A stretch of 64,000 bases of DNA from an uncultured virus (IMG/VR IMGVR_UViG_3300031758_000013) (lineage: Duplodnaviria; Heunggongvirae; Uroviricota; Caudoviricetes). Shown in pieces: positions 19,805 through 30,500 of this stretch. The stretch lies in the IMG/VR virus record IMGVR_UViG_3300031758_000013. One strand, given 5' to 3'. Under the pieces are notes generated by a model, which did not search any database, was not told the DNA's origin, and worked only from the letters and a program-made list of their open reading frames with translations. The position numbers and the translations under genes are program-made. Numbering within the stretch: the stretch's first letter is position 1; every line of letters begins with the position of its first letter.

Positions 19805-22800
19805 TCAAACTAACTGCTCGTAGTTATCAGATAAAGATTTAAACCCACCTGAGTAAGTAACGTTTTTAGTATCAATAGCATCATTGATAGCTTGTGAAGT
19901 ATACGTATCAGTTGTTTGAGTAGTTATGGTATAATCAGTTGTGGTTGAGGACATCGTGGCAGTTTGTGTTGAATTCAAGCCAGTTGTAGTTCCATAGTCA
20001 TATGGAATATAGCTGTAATATTTAATGCCAATTGAACCTGATGCATCTGAGTTGCCATCATATGATTGTACAGAAAATACTTTAGTTCCTGCAGCAGCAG
20101 CAGCGAGCTTGTTTCTTTGCTGTAAATCAGATGTAGCTTCATCGATTCCAGCATCATAGTAGAAGTCGAAATTAAGAATACCATTGACATCTGATAGTAG
20201 ACCAGATGTATTAGTTGTAGATGTTCTTGTCTGTGAACATTTACTTGTCTTATCTTCATTGTCAAATATAAATTTGTGATATGTATTCGGTTTTAGTCCA
20301 GTAATCGAAATACTAAATCTTTGTGCATCAGCTATATAATCACCAAGGTTTATCGAACCATAATAATCAAAGTATGCAAATTGATTAGAAAGCATAATCG
20401 TAAAATCTGCTGGACTGACTTGATAAACTAGACCATTGTAGTCAAAGTTAGCTGCATTTGGCACAATCTTTGTAACAGTTGTTACTACATCTGATGGATA
20501 GTATAGTTTAAATCCAAATGTACCGGCTTTGGCATCCTGGAATAGACCACTATCAAACTTACCTTTATAAATGCGTAACTTATAGTAAATACCATCATTT
20601 GGACTATGAGTCCAAAGAAGTTTGAAGTGATCCTGAATCCATCCACCAACTGGACCAGTTGATTTGCGCTCCATAGAACCAGGGTGTTCGATCTTTCTTC
20701 CATCATTTAGAACAGACAGATTCTTTGCAGTAATATCTGTTGTAGTGATAGGAAGAGCTGATGCTGAGTTGTATGTTGAAATATACTCTCCACCAGCAGT
20801 TGAAGATTGGAATACTTCAAGAGCAAGATCATTATCGCGCCCGTTAATATAAAATTCTACTGGACCTGATAGTGCACTAAACGTATAGAAGAACTCTTCA
20901 TAAACTGAACCAGTGCTACTCAGAGAAGTACTGCGCTGAGACTGAAGTGCAATAGATGTCTGTTGAGTCACAGTGGTTACTGTAATTGGACCTTCTACAG
21001 TACCATCAGTTGCATCATTTTGAGAAATAAGAGTAAATTCATTGTATGGAAGAGTCACAACTCCGGATGATCCATCATCCGGACGGAAAGAAAGATTCAA
21101 TTCTGACAGCCGCGGCCAAAGTTGATCGTCTTTAATTGTAGCATAAAACTCAGGATTACCAAGATCTGCATAGTTATAATCTGTGAATGGATCAACAAAG
21201 AAACCAAAGCGGAAGCGATCTATCAATGAATCAGCTGAAGAAGGAATAAATCTAGACTTGGCTAGAGCTTCTGCTAATGTGAATGATACGTAATATTCAA
21301 GATCTTTGATTCTCTTTTCAAGAGAAGCGATGTCAGCCATTTTGTACCCCTTGACCTGAATACGCGATCGGTCAGTGGTACCAATATTAGAAGTTACAGT
21401 GTAAAGCCCTATTCTACGCCCATAAGATTCTGTTGCTATCTTTGTATCAATGATTTTTGCCATATCATTTGAAAGAGATTGCGGCAATGAAGGGTACGGA
21501 GGAATAGTTAGAATTTGTAGTGTTAAACTATTCTTTGGCTCCGGTGGAATATCACTAATAAATCCACTTTTACCAGTACGAACAATAAATTGTCCTGTGC
21601 TGCTTAGAACAACACGATCTGATCTACCAAGATAATATTCTATGCTTGCAGTTAGATCTGTATCCGGCGTTGGGAAATACTTTTCAGATGCTGTAAAGCG
21701 ATCCGCTGAAGCCGGTTCACCGGGGTTAATAATACTAGCAGCGTTTGCTCCAGCAGCAACTGTTGAAATTTCTTTAATTAAATTAATTGTATTTGCTGAG
21801 CGCGGCCGGAAATCATATTGATCACGAAGATCATAATAAACTCCACTTGTTCCAAGCATTTCTGGAATTTCTAGTGTGTGAATGCTCGATGATACAGAAA
21901 GAGCATCAAAATTTAAAGTATCATCGATAGTATAAGAACTAACAGTTTTTACACCAATATCACCGCCACTAAATACATCATATTTTATAAGTAGTACAAC
22001 ATCAGTTCCAAGTTCAACGGCCCGTGGCTTTCTATATAGATAAGAAGTATCTAGATAGTCTTCTTTCTGATTGGTGTCAATGTAGAAATCATTTGTAATA
22101 TCTGTTACACCATATGTATTAGCAGTAAAGAAGATTGGTTGACCTGTGAACGTATGATTTTCTGAGGTGGCAGAAGCAGTAATAGTTAAATTGGCTCCAC
22201 CACGAGTAGAAGCAAGAGCCATACCAGTACTATTTGCGTATACAGCATAATATGTTGCTGCTCCAGAAAGTCCTCCAAGCGTTGTAGTAGAGTTTGCATA
22301 AACAAAAGAATCTCCATTAGCAAAAGGATTGTTGCTGACTTGAATAAACGCGTTTGCTGTAGCTGAATTTATAACACCAGTATTTGCATTGAAAGTCTTA
22401 GCTACTGAAGCGCCATTGGCCGAATATACTTTTGTTAAGCGGAACGCATCAGATACTCCAAGAGCCCATGGTCCACGAACTGAACCAGAATTATTAGAGC
22501 AAACTACACGAGTATAAACTCCACGTTCACTAGTTTTACCAGTTGAGCTTACATTTACTCGAGTAGCGTTATATGTAATCATTAGATTTGCAGATGATGA
22601 TGCATTACTCGTATTAGCAATATTACTTCCCAGATAAATTGTCATCTGTTGGCTATTAGACACATTTACGTTTGCCCATCGCGTAGATTTTGTCGACAAT
22701 GATATAGGAACATTCTTAGGGAAGTACATTGTAGCACTACCACCAGTGAACGTTTGTCCTGGCCCAGCTGTAAGAATCATTGATGACGTATTGGTAACTT

Positions 22801-25135
22801 GTGCAATTTGTTTGATTGTGACACTGCCATTTGTGGAATTAGCAAATCTAACAAAGTCGCCCGCGCTAAATGTAGCAAGAAGATTAGCACCACCAGTTCC
22901 AGTGACAATAGTATTTGATGTACTGCCTGTACCAACAGAAACAGTTCCCGTTATTGGCGTTGATGATTGATAATCAGCAGTTGGAACAATAAGAAGATCT
23001 TTTTCTGCTGCTTGGCTTAATGCGCCAGTATATGGGAAATTGATATCGGTAGCAGTTGTTAAACTAACATATCCAGTAGTATTAGATGTAGCACTTTCAT
23101 TTGTTGTTCTGTATGTATATGAAATATTTGAAACAGATTTAAGAGCAGGCACTGAACTGTATAGCAGCGAATTACCAGAAGAATCTTCAAGTACTGCAAA
23201 TCCTCCATCACCAATTACTATATCAGCAACACCATCATTAGTGCCATTGTAATAAACAGAGCGAGTTGCACCAAAGTTTTGCCCGCTGTTCATTACTATA
23301 TCAAATAGATATAATCTATAGACAGCGTTAGCTGTGCCGGGTTCTCCAGATTCTAATATCATAGAGCGAATACGAGCTTCGCCAATCTTATTTGCTGGTG
23401 AAGAAATTGCACTTCCGGCCGACGACGTAATATACGTAACGGCTGCAGAATGAAGTTCTATTAAACCACCAATGTTAAATCCAAAATATCCACCGAGTTC
23501 TTTTACACGAACAAAGCTACCGATACCAAGACGAATCTTAGCACTGGTGTTTGTAGTAGTAGAAGTTCCTTTGTTGATATTAGATCTATACTCGTATGTT
23601 TCTACTCGATGCCCATTAATATATGCTTTACCCGGATCAATATTAATCTTAAATAGTGAAGACGTTTCAGAAAATACTGACGAATCTCTTGTAGAAACAA
23701 TAAACTGATCGAGTACGTAATTGCCAGACTCTTCATATGTTCTCTTGGCCATTTCATCGCCAATTACATTATAAACAGTACTCTGACTTTGTCTGTATGG
23801 TCTACCACCAGCAAATTCCAAAATTGGAAGAAAGTCAGTATTAGCATCTGCAATATCTTTATCAAGAACAGTAAGTTCTGGAGTTAACTTAAGTCTATCA
23901 GCGCCCGGCGCAGCATAGTTATATGTTCCAGTTGCATTATCAAGAAGAGAAGTATCTTCGTTGCTGTCGATCAGATCTTCAGCAGTATAAAAACCAACAG
24001 ATTTATCAAAATCAGTATTTGAATATTTACTTACAACTACGAGTTGAGAAGATACTCGCGAGAAGAATCCCTTCTGGTAAATAGTACCCTCGTCAACAGT
24101 TACACCATATCCAGCACCAATTGGTTGAAGTGATGCATTAGCAACAGAAATAGTAGCAGCATAGTTAAGAGCTGTTACATTTAGTGTATCAATTTGAGTA
24201 CTAGTTAAGCCTGATGTTGTTAACTTCATAACAGTGGTATGTGGTTCTACATAATAACCAGAGCCCTGACTAGTAACAGAAATAGATGTAATCTTACCAA
24301 GACTGTCTGTTAATAGTGAACCACCAGCACCAGTACCAATAACAGCTACAACTTTCGCACTGTTTGCAGTAGTTGCATTTAAAATTGATTCTCCAGCAGA
24401 AACTCTCCATTTTATTGTATTTGCTGTGATAAGATCAGCAGAAAGAGGTTTTACTTTTAGAACAAGTGCACTAGTATTTGCTGTTGTATTAGCTTCAATA
24501 ATAGTTAAATTAGCAACACCATTTTGAATTACTTGACCGGCAACAAACGCGTTTGTTGGAAACGTTTTACCACCAGTAGTATTTTGCACAGCAAGAGCAG
24601 AAACAAAAACGACTCCATCATTATTACTAAATGTTGAAGAACCATTAATAACAAGAGTTTCAAATAAAGGATACTGTGGACTATATACAGTAAGCGTCTC
24701 GCCGGCTGAGAATGTTGCAGTGTTAGAATTGTCACCAGATGAATTATATTTTACATACAGTGTATTTAGATCTGGAACTCGAGTTTCAAATCCAGCAACC
24801 GTTTTTACAATATAACCTGTTACATTAGAACTATTACGAACTGATAACCCTTCAAATGCAGTTACATTAACTTGAGTACCATCTGTTTCAACGTCTTTAA
24901 TTTTTACATAAGGAAGAACGGGATGGCGAACAATATTACAGCCTTCAATAATCGTGCCGCGCTTGAAAATATTATCACCAAATTTTTCAATTTGATTTTG
25001 TAAAATTGACTGTAACTGATTCAGTTCTCTGGCCTGCACCGCGACACCCGGCTTAAAAAGAACGCGATAGTACTTATTAGTCGGATCGTAGTCGTCGTAA
25101 TATGGAAAGGTGTTTAGGTCTGTCTGCAGAGCCAT
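19805..25135 (-). CDS. DUF4815 / VrlC-like large virion structural protein
   Basis: LNTFPYYDDY..YYRVLFKPG.AVQARELNQLQSILQNQI; APGADRLKL; RTYEESGNY; LEKRIKDLEYY; RFRFGFFVDPF. Confidence 0.8.
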   Translation of the reverse strand: MALQTDLNTFPYYDDYDPTNKYYRVLFKPGVAVQARELNQLQSILQNQIEKFGDNIFKRGTIIEGCNIVRHPVLPYVKIKDVETDGTQVNVTAFEGLSVRNSSNVTGYIVKTVAGFETRVPDLNTLYVKYNSSGDNSNTATFSAGETLTVYSPQYPLFETLVINGSSTFSNNDGVVFVSALAVQNTTGGKTFPTNAFVAGQVIQNGVANLTIIEANTTANTSALVLKVKPLSADLITANTIKWRVSAGESILNATTANSAKVVAVIGTGAGGSLLTDSLGKITSISVTSQGSGYYVEPHTTVMKLTTSGLTSTQIDTLNVTALNYAATISVANASLQPIGAGYGVTVDEGTIYQKGFFSRVSSQLVVVSKYSNTDFDKSVGFYTAEDLIDSNEDTSLLDNATGTYNYAAPGADRLKLTPELTVLDKDIADANTDFLPILEFAGGRPYRQSQSTVYNVIGDEMAKRTYEESGNYVLDQFIVSTRDSSVFSETSSLFKINIDPGKAYINGHRVETYEYRSNINKGTSTTTNTSAKIRLGIGSFVRVKELGGYFGFNIGGLIELHSAAVTYITSSAGSAISSPANKIGEARIRSMILESGEPGTANAVYRLYLFDIVMNSGQNFGATRSVYYNGTNDGVADIVIGDGGFAVLEDSSGNSLLYSSVPALKSVSNISYTYRTTNESATSNTTGYVSLTTATDINFPYTGALSQAAEKDLLIVPTADYQSSTPITGTVSVGTGSTSNTIVTGTGGANLLATFSAGDFVRFANSTNGSVTIKQIAQVTNTSSMILTAGPGQTFTGGSATMYFPKNVPISLSTKSTRWANVNVSNSQQMTIYLGSNIANTSNASSSANLMITYNATRVNVSSTGKTSERGVYTRVVCSNNSGSVRGPWALGVSDAFRLTKVYSANGASVAKTFNANTGVINSATANAFIQVSNNPFANGDSFVYANSTTTLGGLSGAATYYAVYANSTGMALASTRGGANLTITASATSENHTFTGQPIFFTANTYGVTDITNDFYIDTNQKEDYLDTSYLYRKPRAVELGTDVVLLIKYDVFSGGDIGVKTVSSYTIDDTLNFDALSVSSSIHTLEIPEMLGTSGVYYDLRDQYDFRPRSANTINLIKEISTVAAGANAASIINPGEPASADRFTASEKYFPTPDTDLTASIEYYLGRSDRVVLSSTGQFIVRTGKSGFISDIPPEPKNSLTLQILTIPPYPSLPQSLSNDMAKIIDTKIATESYGRRIGLYTVTSNIGTTDRSRIQVKGYKMADIASLEKRIKDLEYYVSFTLAEALAKSRFIPSSADSLIDRFRFGFFVDPFTDYNYADLGNPEFYATIKDDQLWPRLSELNLSFRPDDGSSGVVTLPYNEFTLISQNDATDGTVEGPITVTTVTQQTSIALQSQRSTSLSSTGSVYEEFFYTFSALSGPVEFYINGRDNDLALEVFQSSTAGGEYISTYNSASALPITTTDITAKNLSVLNDGRKIEHPGSMERKSTGPVGGWIQDHFKLLWTHSPNDGIYYKLRIYKGKFDSGLFQDAKAGTFGFKLYYPSDVVTTVTKIVPNAANFDYNGLVYQVSPADFTIMLSNQFAYFDYYGSINLGDYIADAQRFSISITGLKPNTYHKFIFDNEDKTSKCSQTRTSTTNTSGLLSDVNGILNFDFYYDAGIDEATSDLQQRNKLAAAAAGTKVFSVQSYDGNSDASGSIGIKYYSYIPYDYGTTTGLNSTQTATMSSTTTDYTITTQTTDTYTSQAINDAIDTKNVTYSGGFKSLSDNYEQLV

Positions 25136-25151
25136 TTAATTAAAACTCCAA

Positions 25152-27518
25152 TTAAAATTCTAAGATTATTTTTATAATTTCTGATTTGTTGCCAGCTCTA
25201 GTAATAGCATCTAAGTTTTCAATGTATAGAACTTGCCCACTGCCAACAACAAAGTCTCCAGGATATTTATTAGTTAGATTTGTTAACGATGCTAGAGATG
25301 TTGTGCCAGAAATATTTCTATTCAAATTGAATGTGCTAAATTTATTACTGATATACATAATATCATCATCAACACCGCCATTAATTTGAATACTGTGAAA
25401 AGCCCCTCGCGGCTTTGCATATTCAATAAGGCTGTCCTGTTCAATAACTTCATCATTCAAGAATGGTGTACCACCGGGATAATTTCCTACAAGTCTAGTA
25501 AGCTGCACAGCTGTAGTAAAAGCACCGGCTGTTTTACCATTTACTTGAATGGGAGTCGTTTCAATAATACTAGTAGCACCTGAAGATACACCAACAATTT
25601 TTGACTCAGCAGCAAACACTCCAGTAACGTTTGACAAAGTAAGTAGCCCAGCACTAACTGAAGTTACTTCACCAAAAGCCTGCAACTTTAAAGCTGAAAT
25701 TTCGCAGTTATTAGCTGTAAAGTGAGAATTAGTAGTAGCAGTAATTTGATAGTCTTGTGGAACATTACTCACAACAGAAAGATAGTTATTACTTCCTGAT
25801 GTAACTAAAACATAATCATTAACAGAAAAACTGTCTTTAAAAGTAGGAGTCTGCGGATTAGCTAATGAAGCTAAAAGTTGACCACCAGATCCAGAAGTGG
25901 CAGTAACTAGTAAAGTAGGAACACTAGTATAATTGTTTCCCTGATTCGTAACAGTGACCGATGTAATTACATTTGCTGTTAAACTAACAGTTGCTGCAAA
26001 CCCTGACCCACCGGTTCCGGTATTATTTGCGGTTACAGCCACGTCACTCGAATAAACACTTCCTCCATTTGCTATAGCAACTGTTGAAGAAATGCGGCCT
26101 TGATCTGTTTTAACAATATTAGTGCTATCAGTAACAACACTTACATTTCCATTCAGCTTAAGTTGCTTAAACTGATATACGTACTCACCGATTTGGAAGT
26201 TACCAATAGTATTAGCTGATCTAAGAGTAAGATCAACATTCGTATAAAGCGGATTTTTAATTAACCCGACCTGTCTAAAATCATTTTCGGTCGGTATTGC
26301 TCCGCCTTCACTATCTGTAAAAGCAGTACTAATACAAATTCTTTTAGCGCCGAATTCTGTTACTGGATCAGATCCATGTCCACCAATTGGCGAAATAATT
26401 GGCTGTAATACAGCTGCCTCGAAAGTGCTTGCTCCAGAAATAGACGCTGGTAAATTAATAAAGACGCTATCAATAGTTATTGGAAGTGTATTAGGAGTCT
26501 TACCGACATATGATTCACCATAGCGATATCCAGCTCCAACTTTAAGCATTTCAACTTGCATAATACTGTTTGAAGAACTACTATCGATAATAGCCATTCC
26601 TTCAGCCGCTGTTGTTTCACTTCCGTCACCCCATACGTATATGTATGGATATATTTCATACGTATCACCAGCAGCTGGAGCTGTTGTAAATGCAGAATCT
26701 AGTATAAAGATCTTTTGTCCACCTACTCCACGATAATCTACAATTCGACGATGTTGTCCAGCAGCACCCGCACTCGATGTTTTGATATTGATTACGCATC
26801 CAGCATAATAATCATCTTCTGCTACAGCGTCGTCCGGAGCTCCATATATGTTATTCACACCTCCAACGGCAAGATCTGTTGTTCTAAATGTAGCATCTTC
26901 AATATAATTGTCATATCCCTTTCCAGCACTAACAATATCTATAACTTCAATTGTGCCCGGAACTGCCGCTGCTTGTATCGTAGTATTAGCAATAATTGGA
27001 ATATAACTCTTTGTAGCAAAATTTTCATACTGTGTTTTTGTAATGCTATACATGTACTTCCAAATATAACCATCTCCAGTTGGATACGGAGTTGTTATTT
27101 TTAGTGAAGGAGCACTAGTAGAATTTGTTTGAATTGTTGCATTACTAGAATTAAATATACACTTAAAAACGTTATACTCTGTACCCTCATCGATTAAAGT
27201 ATAAAATTTCTTACTGTAGAGATCTCCATCTGTATGATCATACTTATTATAAAATGTATTTGCTGTCCAAAGATATTTAGGAATACAGTGCACAACATCA
27301 CTTGAAGAAATTCTTTTAGCAAAAATCATGTTATCATAAACATCTAAGTTTGTAGACTTAAGACTGTCTGTAGGAGTTGTCAGAGTTGTATCACTTCCAG
27401 GATAAGGAGTGTGCTTGCCTGCGAAGACAAAGTAGTCGTTATTAGCAAAAGAATCGACAAACGACGCTGCGCTTTCAACATTAAAATTAGTTGTTACAAG
27501 TTTCTGAGTAACTGACAT
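25152..27518 (-). CDS. gp8: Baseplate wedge subunit (gp8-like)
   Basis: GDGYIWKYMY, GGHGSDP..E, NDFRQVGLIKNP, C-terminal EIIKIILEF. Confidence 0.75.
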   Translation of the reverse strand: MSVTQKLVTTNFNVESAASFVDSFANNDYFVFAGKHTPYPGSDTTLTTPTDSLKSTNLDVYDNMIFAKRISSSDVVHCIPKYLWTANTFYNKYDHTDGDLYSKKFYTLIDEGTEYNVFKCIFNSSNATIQTNSTSAPSLKITTPYPTGDGYIWKYMYSITKTQYENFATKSYIPIIANTTIQAAAVPGTIEVIDIVSAGKGYDNYIEDATFRTTDLAVGGVNNIYGAPDDAVAEDDYYAGCVINIKTSSAGAAGQHRRIVDYRGVGGQKIFILDSAFTTAPAAGDTYEIYPYIYVWGDGSETTAAEGMAIIDSSSSNSIMQVEMLKVGAGYRYGESYVGKTPNTLPITIDSVFINLPASISGASTFEAAVLQPIISPIGGHGSDPVTEFGAKRICISTAFTDSEGGAIPTENDFRQVGLIKNPLYTNVDLTLRSANTIGNFQIGEYVYQFKQLKLNGNVSVVTDSTNIVKTDQGRISSTVAIANGGSVYSSDVAVTANNTGTGGSGFAATVSLTANVITSVTVTNQGNNYTSVPTLLVTATSGSGGQLLASLANPQTPTFKDSFSVNDYVLVTSGSNNYLSVVSNVPQDYQITATTNSHFTANNCEISALKLQAFGEVTSVSAGLLTLSNVTGVFAAESKIVGVSSGATSIIETTPIQVNGKTAGAFTTAVQLTRLVGNYPGGTPFLNDEVIEQDSLIEYAKPRGAFHSIQINGGVDDDIMYISNKFSTFNLNRNISGTTSLASLTNLTNKYPGDFVVGSGQVLYIENLDAITRAGNKSEIIKIILEF

Positions 27519-30500
27519 TTATTCCTCGACCGTCTTTGTTAAATAGTGGCCAGATGATGGAGCTCCACTATCTGTAGTATTAGCTGTTATATTTATAGGA
27601 GTTCCATTGGCAGTTAATGATAGTTTAACTGTTGTACCAGAAGTCTGAACAATATAATAACTAGTATTATTAGCAAGGCCAGACAATACAGTATTTGATG
27701 TAGCAGTTGTGTATTTTACTTGATCGCCGTTGGCAAATGGATTAATTGTACCAGTACTAATAGTTTCATTTCCTGAATTTACATCACTGTATGAGTTAAA
27801 TTTAATTTGCTGACCAGTAGAGATCTCAGATAATGTAACTGGTAAACTGTCTTCTTCTATAATCACGGCCGATCCAAAGAACTTAGTACCAGCAGTATGC
27901 ATAACTTTCTTAAACATATCAGCATAGTAATCAACCGATATCTTAGATAGAATTTCGTATGAATATTCTTGATAGTAATCACCATCATGTACGTACATAT
28001 CTTCTGAAAGGAAGCCTTTAGTACTCTTATAATATCCCTTGCTTATTCCATTTCCATCATTCACTACTTTAATAGTACCAGATCGCAGTCCATCTGCAGA
28101 GGTGTATTGCACAACATCTCCATTAGAATAACCAATTCCAGAATCGATTACTTGTAATGAAGTAACTTGTCCACTAGCTGTAATTACGTTTGCTTCAATT
28201 ATGGCATTTAATCCAATTGGATATACAAGACTAAGATCTTCCTCTACTCCAACAACATTAGCAGTAACACCAGAAACAGAACCGACTAAAAGAGTATTTG
28301 CTTGAAATGTGTTTTCAAAGGTGAGTCTTTTTACGTGTACTGTAGTTGTATTTGCAGCTTTAACAATTCCCTTTGCTGTAGAAGTAATTTGATATAAAGC
28401 AAAGCTTTGTACATTTCCAGTGACATATGGATTTGTGTAAGAATATAATGCGTTAGCAGTAATAGTTCCTGTATTACCAGAAATTCTTACATAATTATTT
28501 GATCCAATTGTATAAACTGATTGAACTAAAGCATTTACAACTGGAGCACTGTTAACATACACGGAATCGCCTGGTAAGAATCCAGGAATAGTAGAGAAGT
28601 TATGTGATTCTGCAACACCAGCTGTAGCATTGATTGCTAAAGCAGATCCACCCACTGTAAGAGAAAGCTTAAATCCTACACTATTAGCACCGACAATATA
28701 ATATGCCGTGTTATTAGCAAGACCGGCGATGACAGTATTAGATGTTGGAACTCGGTATATGATTCTTTGATTATCAACAAATTCACTCGCATACTTTGCT
28801 AAATTATGACCATTTGAGGCTGCATTATAATATCTTAGATAGTGTCCTGCATCTCCTGGATTTAAAGCAGTAATATCAACATTCGCTCCACCAGCACTCG
28901 CTGATAAAGCTAAACCAGAACTATTTGCATAACGAACATAATACAACTCATTATTTGACAAGCCAATAACAGCGGTACTTCCATTAGCAGTAAAGTATCT
29001 TACTTGATCACCATTTGCAAAGAGTGTATTTGCAGTAGCAATTGTAATAAAATCTGTTGTTCCATTTACTGCAGTATTGGAATTGAATATAACTACATTT
29101 GATGCTTGTGTAATATTAATATTTGCTGCACCCGCCGTACTAGAAAGTGTAATGCCGGATGAGTTTGAATGAGCTATATAATAGAACGAATTATTTGATA
29201 GTCCAGTTAAAGCCGTGTTTCCAGCAGCTGTATAATAGCGAACATAAGTATTTGATGGATAAGATGTATCAGCGCCAGCGATCGCAATGAAATCAGTATT
29301 GGAATTTACATCATCTGTAGTATTAAATACTACTGTGTTTGATATATAAAGAACAAAATCATTAGAACTTTGAATTTCATCTTTTGTGTTGACATTGAAG
29401 TTCTTTTCACTGTACGTATTTCCATAAACACCATTATCTACTTTAAGGTCATAATATATTAGATTTGCAAATGTCTGTTGAACTCTTTCGCCGACAGCAT
29501 ATACGCCAGTAGTGTTTGCAATACTAATAATAAAATCTTTACGACCAAATGCAGAAATGTATGGTTGGTATGCTAGAACATAAGGATCAACATTATAACC
29601 AGATCCAGGGTCGACACCACTCAATGATCCAATTGTACCAATGTTGAATTGACCAAATGTTAAACATGAATATATTGTATTCTTAGCATCACCCTGTGGA
29701 TTCTTTGGAAATCCATATGCTGCGGCTGTAACTGGAAGAGGAGTGTATGCTTGATTTGCAATTGCTAGTGTAGTATAAGCCGTGACTGCACTGATTGCAG
29801 TATTAGTGGTGGCGCCATACTTGATAATGTTGCTGTTAGCGTATACAGTATTGCTTACTGCGCCGCCCGTAATACTTAAAGTATTATGATTATCTTTAGT
29901 GCGAAGTACGCCAGTGCCAACTTCAAATACTGTAGCATGAGCTAACTTATAAAAATAATGGCCTTCTTGAGTTATTTTATTATTAGCAAAAGTAGAGTAG
30001 TTTGTTGTATTAATATGAGTAGTTTTATTTGCTGGATATGATAAAATAAGACCGGTTGTATTAGTTGATACAACATAGTAATAGTCATCGCTGACTAGGC
30101 CATTTAATGCGGTATTACCAGTAGCTACTTCGTACTTAACAATATCACCAATTGTAAATTTAGAATTGGCTGTTGGTATTGTAAAGAATCCAGACGTTGC
30201 GTTTACTGCAGTATTACCATTGAATGCAATTTTATTGATAGTTTGATATACTCTATCGCCGATGGCAAATCCGGTGTTTGATGCAACAGTAAGAATTTTT
30301 CGATCATAATCAAGTGTGGCAACACCATTAGAATTAAGAAGATCGGTACCAATGAATATCGATTCTTGATCACCAAGAGTACCAACATTAAACCCAGCGC
30401 CAGATCCAAAACTTGTAGATACTGGAATTCCAGATGTATTTGTTGTCTGTGTGAATATTCTACTATACTCTGAAGCTACATAATCGCCACCAGAAACATT

